NCBI GenBank assembly: GCA_964248505.1
Contig: CAXTYQ010000007.1
Coordinates: forward strand, 8,356-72,355
Source: an uncultured Acidobacteriaceae bacterium
Lineage (GTDB): Bacteria > Acidobacteriota > Terriglobia > Terriglobales > Acidobacteriaceae
Direction: 5' to 3'
Length of the DNA: 64,000 bases
Below, in pieces: positions 58,813 to 64,000 of this stretch. A model generated the notes under the pieces. That model ran no database searches, was not told where the DNA came from, and worked only from the letters and a program-made list of their open reading frames with translations. Each line of letters starts with the position of its first letter. The stretch's first letter is position 1. Position numbers and translations under genes: made by a program.

Positions 58813-60030
58813 ATGACCCCGAACCGTCGAACTCTCCTCCTCACGCTCCCCGCCGCCTGGGCCACCGCCGCCCACGCCCTCGCCAATCCCTTTCGCCGCC
58901 CACGACCGACCTCCACTCCCATGCCCATGACCGTCTACATCGGTACCAACACCGGAAAGAACTCCTCGTCCAAGGGCATCTACCTCGCTCGCTTCGACGC
59001 CAAATCCGGCCAGCTCACCCAGCCGGAGCTCGCCGCCGCCACCACCAGTCCATCGTTCCTCGCCATGTCGCCTCATAGCGCCGTCGGCCGCATTCTCTAT
59101 GCCGTCAACGAAGGTCCCGACGCTGCCACCTCCGGCGTCGTCACCTTCGCCATCGACGCGAAATCCAGTGCGCTCCATGAGCTCGGCCGCGTCCCCTCCG
59201 GAGCCGCCGGCCCAACGTACGTCTCGGTCGACAGCACCGGGCACTCCGTCTTCACCGCCAACTATGCGGGCGGAAGCGTCAGCTCCTATCTGGTGCAGCC
59301 CAACGGAACTCTCTCCGGCCCCGTCGACCTAATCGACTTCAAGCAGGATCGCTTCGGCAAACTCGGCCCAAATACCGGACGCCAGGACGCCGCACATCCG
59401 CACTGCGCGAACCTCTCGCCCGATAACCGATTCCTCCTGGTCAGCGACCTCGGCAAAGACGCGATCACCGTCTTCTCCGTCGATCCAGGGACCGCTCAAC
59501 TCACACTCGGTCCTACTCCACAGTTCTCCAACGGCATCCCCGGTTCCGGCCCCAGACACCTCGCCTTCCACCCCAACGGTCGCTGGCTCTACACCATCAA
59601 CGAGCTCACCTCCACCATCGACCACTTCCTCTGGAGTACAACCCACACGCAGCCAGCCCAGGCTATGCTCGTTAAAACGCAGAACTCCGTCTCCACACTC
59701 GATCCCAAATTCGCCGGCAAGAGCACCGGCGCGGAGATCGCCATCGAGCCTAACGGACACTTCCTCTACGCCAGCAACCGAGGCGAGGACTCCCTGGTCG
59801 TCTTTCGCATCGATCAGACAAACGGCAACTTGCAGCTTGTCCAACGCATCAGCTCCGGCGGCAAGACACCCCGGCACTTCAGCCTCGACCCCACAGGCAA
59901 CTGGCTCGTCGTCAGCAATCAAACCTCCGCCAACGTCACAGCCTTTCGCCGCGATGGAGGAAACGGCCAACTCTCCGGCCCCGTCTCCTCTATCTCCGTC
60001 GACACACCCGTCTTCACCCTCTTCAGCTAG
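58813..60030 (+). CDS. beta-propeller lactonase (6-phosphogluconolactonase family), Tat-like signal
   Basis: NRRTLL, ANY.GG, HPH, DLG.D, GPRH, NEL, SNRG, TPR.F. Confidence 0.9.
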   Translation: MTPNRRTLLLTLPAAWATAAHALANPFRRPRPTSTPMPMTVYIGTNTGKNSSSKGIYLARFDAKSGQLTQPELAAATTSPSFLAMSPHSAVGRILYAVNEGPDAATSGVVTFAIDAKSSALHELGRVPSGAAGPTYVSVDSTGHSVFTANYAGGSVSSYLVQPNGTLSGPVDLIDFKQDRFGKLGPNTGRQDAAHPHCANLSPDNRFLLVSDLGKDAITVFSVDPGTAQLTLGPTPQFSNGIPGSGPRHLAFHPNGRWLYTINELTSTIDHFLWSTTHTQPAQAMLVKTQNSVSTLDPKFAGKSTGAEIAIEPNGHFLYASNRGEDSLVVFRIDQTNGNLQLVQRISSGGKTPRHFSLDPTGNWLVVSNQTSANVTAFRRDGGNGQLSGPVSSISVDTPVFTLFS

Positions 60031-60091
60031 AGCAGTTCCCTATACGGCTCAAAGGAACAGGAGAACTGCCTAAATCGCCACCGCGATCAAC

Positions 60092-61147
60092 TCAGTTCCC
60101 CAGCGTCGCCATATCGATTACAAACCGATACTTCACGTCGCCTTTGATGACGCGTTCGTACGCCTCCGACAGCTTGTCGACTGAGGTCATCTCAATGTCC
60201 GAAACAATGCCCTTCTCGGCACAGAAGTCCAGCATCTCCTGTGTCTCCTGCATTCCACCGATCATCGACCCTGACAACGAGCGCCGGTTCGTGACCAGCG
60301 AAAACGCCGAGATCGACTCAGGCTTATCCGGTAAACCTACCTGGCAAAGCGTTCCATCCAGCCGCAGCAAACCCATGTACTGATTCAGGTCGTGCGGTGC
60401 AGAAACGCAATCCAGGACGAAGTCAAAGCTCTTCATCACCTTTTTCATCGCATCGGCGTCTTTGGAAATCACGACCTGGTCTGCACCCAGACGTCGCCCA
60501 TCCTGGGCCTTGCTCTCGCTTGTCGTAAACAAAGTCGTCTCCGCCCCAAACGCATGCGCAAACTTCAGCCCCAAGTGCCCAAGTCCGCCCAGCCCAACGA
60601 TCCCGACCTTCTTTCCCGCCCCTGCACCCCAATGCCGCAAAGGCGACCACGTCGTGATCCCCGCGCACAACAACGGCGCCACCGCCGCAAGCTCCAGCTT
60701 GGGCGAGATCGTGTGGACGTACCGCTCCGGAGCGACGATGTTGTTCGCATAGCCGCCATAGGTAACCTCGCCCGCGTACGTCTTCGCGTTGTACGTGCCC
60801 ACCATCCCGCGCTCGCAGTACGGCTCCGCTCCAGCCCGGCAGTTGTCGCACACCTGGCATGTCTCAACCGTTACCCCAACCCCTGCTAGATCCCCTACGC
60901 GGAAACGCTGGACCTCTTCGCCCACCGCTGTCACCCGACCTACGATCTCATGCCCCGGCACCATCGGGTAGATCGATCCACCCCACTCATCCCGCACTTG
61001 GTGGATATCCGAGTGACAGATCCCGCAAAAAGCAATCTCCACCACCACATCCTTTGGCCCCGGCTCGCGCCGCTCAAAGGAAAAGGGCGCCAGCCCCGAT
61101 GTTGGATCCTGCGCAGCGTACCCCTTGGACTGAATCACTGTCATCAC
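60092..61147 (-). CDS. Zn-dependent NAD(P) alcohol dehydrogenase (cinnamyl ADH-like)
   Basis: CGICHSD, PGHEIVG, structural Cys cluster, PLLCAG, GLGGLG, YRFVID. Confidence 0.93.
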   Translation of the reverse strand: MMTVIQSKGYAAQDPTSGLAPFSFERREPGPKDVVVEIAFCGICHSDIHQVRDEWGGSIYPMVPGHEIVGRVTAVGEEVQRFRVGDLAGVGVTVETCQVCDNCRAGAEPYCERGMVGTYNAKTYAGEVTYGGYANNIVAPERYVHTISPKLELAAVAPLLCAGITTWSPLRHWGAGAGKKVGIVGLGGLGHLGLKFAHAFGAETTLFTTSESKAQDGRRLGADQVVISKDADAMKKVMKSFDFVLDCVSAPHDLNQYMGLLRLDGTLCQVGLPDKPESISAFSLVTNRRSLSGSMIGGMQETQEMLDFCAEKGIVSDIEMTSVDKLSEAYERVIKGDVKYRFVIDMATLGN

Positions 61148-61404
61148 CCTCTCAACCTGTTCGCTACATAGATGCGAGATGTGTCGGCAGCGTCAGACAT
61201 AGCTCTGAATCCGAAAGCGCGAAAAAATACTCAAATGAAATAATGGAGATATCCGAGGGATCGATCCTTGATCTCACGAGAAGTTTCTCGGGATTTCCTC
61301 AACTTGCTCAGGCTTCCCCGGACACAATATCACTTTCAGGTGATGCCCAGGTTCGGCAGGTGGGCTACGCTTTATTAGCGCTACTGCGCTCGAGGGAATT
61401 CCTC

Positions 61405-61644
61405 ATGAAATCTGCCATCCGTACATCGGTTCTCGCCACCGTCGCCGTCCTCGCCCTCTCCGCCAGCTCCGCCCAGATCGCTTCCGCGGATGTCATCGGT
61501 GGTGCATCCCAATCTGCGGGCAGCGCAGCCTCGGCGAATCACGTCGGTGGCTGCAATCCGTACCCCTATCCGCCACCATCACCTAAGCTGACCTTCAGCT
61601 TCGGGAGTATCATGTCGATCGTGGGGCTTTACTTTGGCCTCTAG
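61405..61644 (+). CDS. 79-aa putative secreted peptide precursor
   Basis: GAGGGA SD, ATG 61405; signal peptide ending ASA, polar core with GGCNPYPYPPP, hydrophobic C-tail. Confidence 0.75.
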   Translation: MKSAIRTSVLATVAVLALSASSAQIASADVIGGASQSAGSAASANHVGGCNPYPYPPPSPKLTFSFGSIMSIVGLYFGL

Positions 61645-61652
61645 GTGAGTGG

Positions 61653-62417
61653 ATGGGTCAGGGCATCGTTGATGAGATCCTGTGGGCGGCGGGCCTGTTC
61701 CTGGTCGTCGCCCTCTTCATCGTGCTTATCAGTCGCAAACGGTACCGGACGCTACCCTGGTTCACCACCTGGGTCGGTTTTCAGATGGTCGGGTCCGCGC
61801 TGCTCTTTGTAATTTGGCGCAATTTGCCCGGCCGTTACCAGGTGGCGTACTGGTGTTTTGGGGCGGTAGATACCCTCTTGCAGCTCCTGATTCTCAGCGA
61901 GATCGCCCGATCTGTCCTTTGCAGAAACGGTGTCTGGGTCCAGGGTGCAAAATCCCGCTTCCTCCTTCTCTCCGCTTTGGGGGCCGTCGTCGCCGCCGTC
62001 ATGGCCGCCTGGGTCAAACCGCTCGCCAACACTCCAATGGAAGCTTGGAGCGTGCGCGGAAATCTGTTCATCACGCTTCTGGTCTGCCTCACTTTTACAT
62101 CCATCCTCTCCGCCTCCTCACAGTTCGGCCTGCACTGGAGAAGCCATGTCATGCGCGTCGGCTACGGTCTCACCGTCTGGTCGCTCGCCTCGTTTGCCGT
62201 CGACGCCCTCCACGGATACTGGGGAGCCACGAATCACTTCAAGACCCTCGAACACTTTGACATTGCGGTTTGGGAGCTTTCCCTCGTATATTGGTCGGGA
62301 GCGCTATGGGTTCCAGAAGAAGAACCAAAAGAGATCCCCCCGGCCTTGATCGACAATCTGTCGCACATCCACGCTGACCTCAACCTCAGCCCTGAACATT
62401 CGCCCGGTCCCAACTGA
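61653..62417 (+). CDS. seven-TM membrane protein of unknown function
   Basis: 254 aa, seven hydrophobic helices by eye, short acidic C-tail; 8 nt after peptide gene. Confidence 0.8.
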   Translation: MGQGIVDEILWAAGLFLVVALFIVLISRKRYRTLPWFTTWVGFQMVGSALLFVIWRNLPGRYQVAYWCFGAVDTLLQLLILSEIARSVLCRNGVWVQGAKSRFLLLSALGAVVAAVMAAWVKPLANTPMEAWSVRGNLFITLLVCLTFTSILSASSQFGLHWRSHVMRVGYGLTVWSLASFAVDALHGYWGATNHFKTLEHFDIAVWELSLVYWSGALWVPEEEPKEIPPALIDNLSHIHADLNLSPEHSPGPN

Positions 62418-62430
62418 ACACGAGGACACC

Positions 62431-62958
62431 ATGTACCCACTCCTGGCGTTAGCTTCCCTCCTGCTCGTCGTGATCGCCTACCAGGGCGGATTCATTCTTC
62501 GCCGTCGCCGCCTCCTCCAACCCTGGCAGACTCTCGTGGCGGGCATCCAGCCCGTAGACTCCGATAAACTCATTGCCCTCGCTCGCACCTATCTCGAACC
62601 CGGAAAAAATCAGCTCGAAATCGAGCCGGAAGAGATGTGGATCCTGATCGGCGGCATGGACGGCCTGTCCAAGCTTCGCGCGAACTCCAAGGTCATGCTG
62701 GATCTCGCACAGCACGTCGAACGTTGGAACGTCGATGAGGGCCGCGTCGTAGCCGAAATGATGCGCCGCGATGCATTTCGCCTGCGCCAGGCACTCTGGC
62801 GTCTCACCGCCAGCCTCGTCCTCCGGCACAAAGCCTTCCGCGCCCCCTTTCACCTGCAAGAAGCGTCCGCTGCCTACTACCTCATGCGCCAGCGCCTCCT
62901 CGGCCTCTACGAGAACAATCATGCCGGCCTCTACCCACAGCTGGTAGCCGTTCTGTAG
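62431..62958 (+). CDS. membrane-anchored helical hypothetical protein
   Basis: GAGGA SD; N-terminal TM then RRRR and soluble helical domain; 13 nt after 7TM gene. Confidence 0.8.
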   Translation: MYPLLALASLLLVVIAYQGGFILRRRRLLQPWQTLVAGIQPVDSDKLIALARTYLEPGKNQLEIEPEEMWILIGGMDGLSKLRANSKVMLDLAQHVERWNVDEGRVVAEMMRRDAFRLRQALWRLTASLVLRHKAFRAPFHLQEASAAYYLMRQRLLGLYENNHAGLYPQLVAVL

Positions 62959-63123
62959 CCACTCCATCCTCATCGGCCGCCGACCGGAGCAGCGTTGCCG
63001 CGTGCCACGGCCTATGCTACCGTAGGAAAAGTGTTGCGAAGGTGCGCGTTTTGTCTCCCATCCCTCTCCTGGTCCGCATACAGATCAGGCTTGGATCCGA
63101 GATGCTCACTTTCGCCTGGAAGG

Positions 63124-63199
63124 GCTGGCGTAGCTCAGCTGGTAGAGCATCTGATTTGTAATCAGAGGGTCGGGGGTTCAAATCCCTTCGTCAGCTCCA
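63124..63199 (+). tRNA. tRNA-Thr (TGT)
   Basis: 76 nt cloverleaf, anticodon loop TTTGTAA, CCA end. Confidence 0.97.
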
Positions 63200-63279
63200 G
63201 ACCTCTTCAGAAACACGCAACATAAGTCGCTCTGCACCGGGTCATCGTCAGCCACGATCGGCATACCCGGGCAGACAGG

Positions 63280-63366
63280 GCACAGGTGGCCGAGTGGTTA
63301 ATGGCAGCAGACTGTAAATCTGCCACTCTATGAGTTACGGAGGTTCGAATCCTCCCCTGTGCACCA
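63280..63366 (+). tRNA. tRNA-Tyr (GTA)
   Basis: 87 nt, long variable arm, loop CTGTAAA, CCA end. Confidence 0.97.
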
Positions 63367-63394
63367 CCTCTTCTCCCAAGAGCCCACGCCCGCT

Positions 63395-63574
63395 ATGCCC
63401 TCCGACTTCAGCCCCGGCAGCAGCGGCCGCATGCTCATCGCTTTCGCAGTGCTCTCGGGCCTCGCTCTCCTCTCGGCGTACACCATGGAGCCCGGGCGAT
63501 ACCGTTCTCTCACCTGGGTGCTGCTCGGCTTTTTTGCCTTCCGCATCCTTCTCGGAAAGCTCCGGTCGCGTTAG
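63395..63574 (+). CDS. small two-TM protein inside the tRNA cluster
   Basis: 59 aa from ATG 63395; two hydrophobic helices, basic C-terminus, GC3-biased codons; no SD. Confidence 0.6.
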   Translation: MPSDFSPGSSGRMLIAFAVLSGLALLSAYTMEPGRYRSLTWVLLGFFAFRILLGKLRSR

Positions 63575-63599
63575 GATAGACGGGTTGGATATTTCTTTG

Positions 63600-63674
<75 letters not shown>

Positions 63675-63757
63675 CGTTCTTAAGCTGTTCTCTACCCTCA
63701 AGCGAGTGCACGGTACGGAGACAGTTCAATGAAAAGCTAGAAGCTAAAATCTTTCCC

Positions 63758-63832
63758 GCGGGAGTAACTCAGTGGTAGAGTCACAGCCTTCCAAGCTGTT
63801 GGTCGCGGGTTCGATTCCCGTCTCCCGCTCCA
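63758..63832 (+). tRNA. tRNA-Gly (TCC)
   Basis: 75 nt, loop CTTCCAA, CCA end. Confidence 0.97.
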
Positions 63833-63871
63833 GAATTCGGCCGTAAATCCCTCCATCGAAGCAGGAAACAC

Positions 63872-64000
63872 TTGGCAGCAATCTTCCAGCAGGCAGTTCT
63901 CGCCGTCGCCGATCCCAGTCGCTTCCGTACGATTCAGAGCGCGATCGACCAGTCCTTTGCCCCGGCAAACGTCGAGAAGTTCTTTCGCTCGCTCAGTCGC
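63872..64000 (+). CDS. hypothetical protein, 5' part only (runs off window)
   Basis: AGGA SD, TTG start, open to window end: MAAIFQQAVLAVADPSRFRTIQSAIDQSF... Confidence 0.45.
   Translation, partial: MAAIFQQAVLAVADPSRFRTIQSAIDQSFAPANVEKFFRSLSR

Noticed and set aside
60859-61404. N-terminal 182 codons of the 261-aa ORF
   Set aside because: Overlaps the ADH antisense and its promoter region; SD and signal peptide point to ATG 61405.
61653-62417. 7TM protein as a microbial rhodopsin
   Set aside because: Helix 7 lacks the DxxxK retinal-binding lysine.

Overview
High-GC bacterial chromosomal window, most likely Acidobacteriota (inferred from gene repertoire and PEP-CTERM proteins; not verified by search). 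Left end (minus strand): rpmG-tRNA-Trp-secE-nusG-rplK-[membrane protein, radical SAM, Uma2]-rplA-rplJ-rplL, i.e. the rplK-rplA pair is split and L10 carries a long acidic tail. Then housekeeping genes (yggS, AKR, MBL hydrolase, YihY, SSS symporter, poly-D/E protein, xseA, glmM). About 21.9-48.7 kb is an accessory block with two paralogous TolC-YtcA-MdtN-MdtO-type efflux cassettes, two atypical paralogous LysR regulators, a recurring TTGCA-N5-TGCAA palindrome and a set of SDR/hydrolase/cupin/VOC enzymes. The right part has trxB, a TIMP-like/pseudo-metzincin adhesin pair, ndh, gnd, a lactonase, an ADH, an unexplained three-gene cassette (79-aa secreted peptide + 7TM protein + membrane-anchored helical protein) and a Thr-Tyr-Thr-Gly tRNA cluster with a small ORF inside it. 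No CRISPR array, integrase or transposase was seen. All calls are by eye from motifs; no databases were run.
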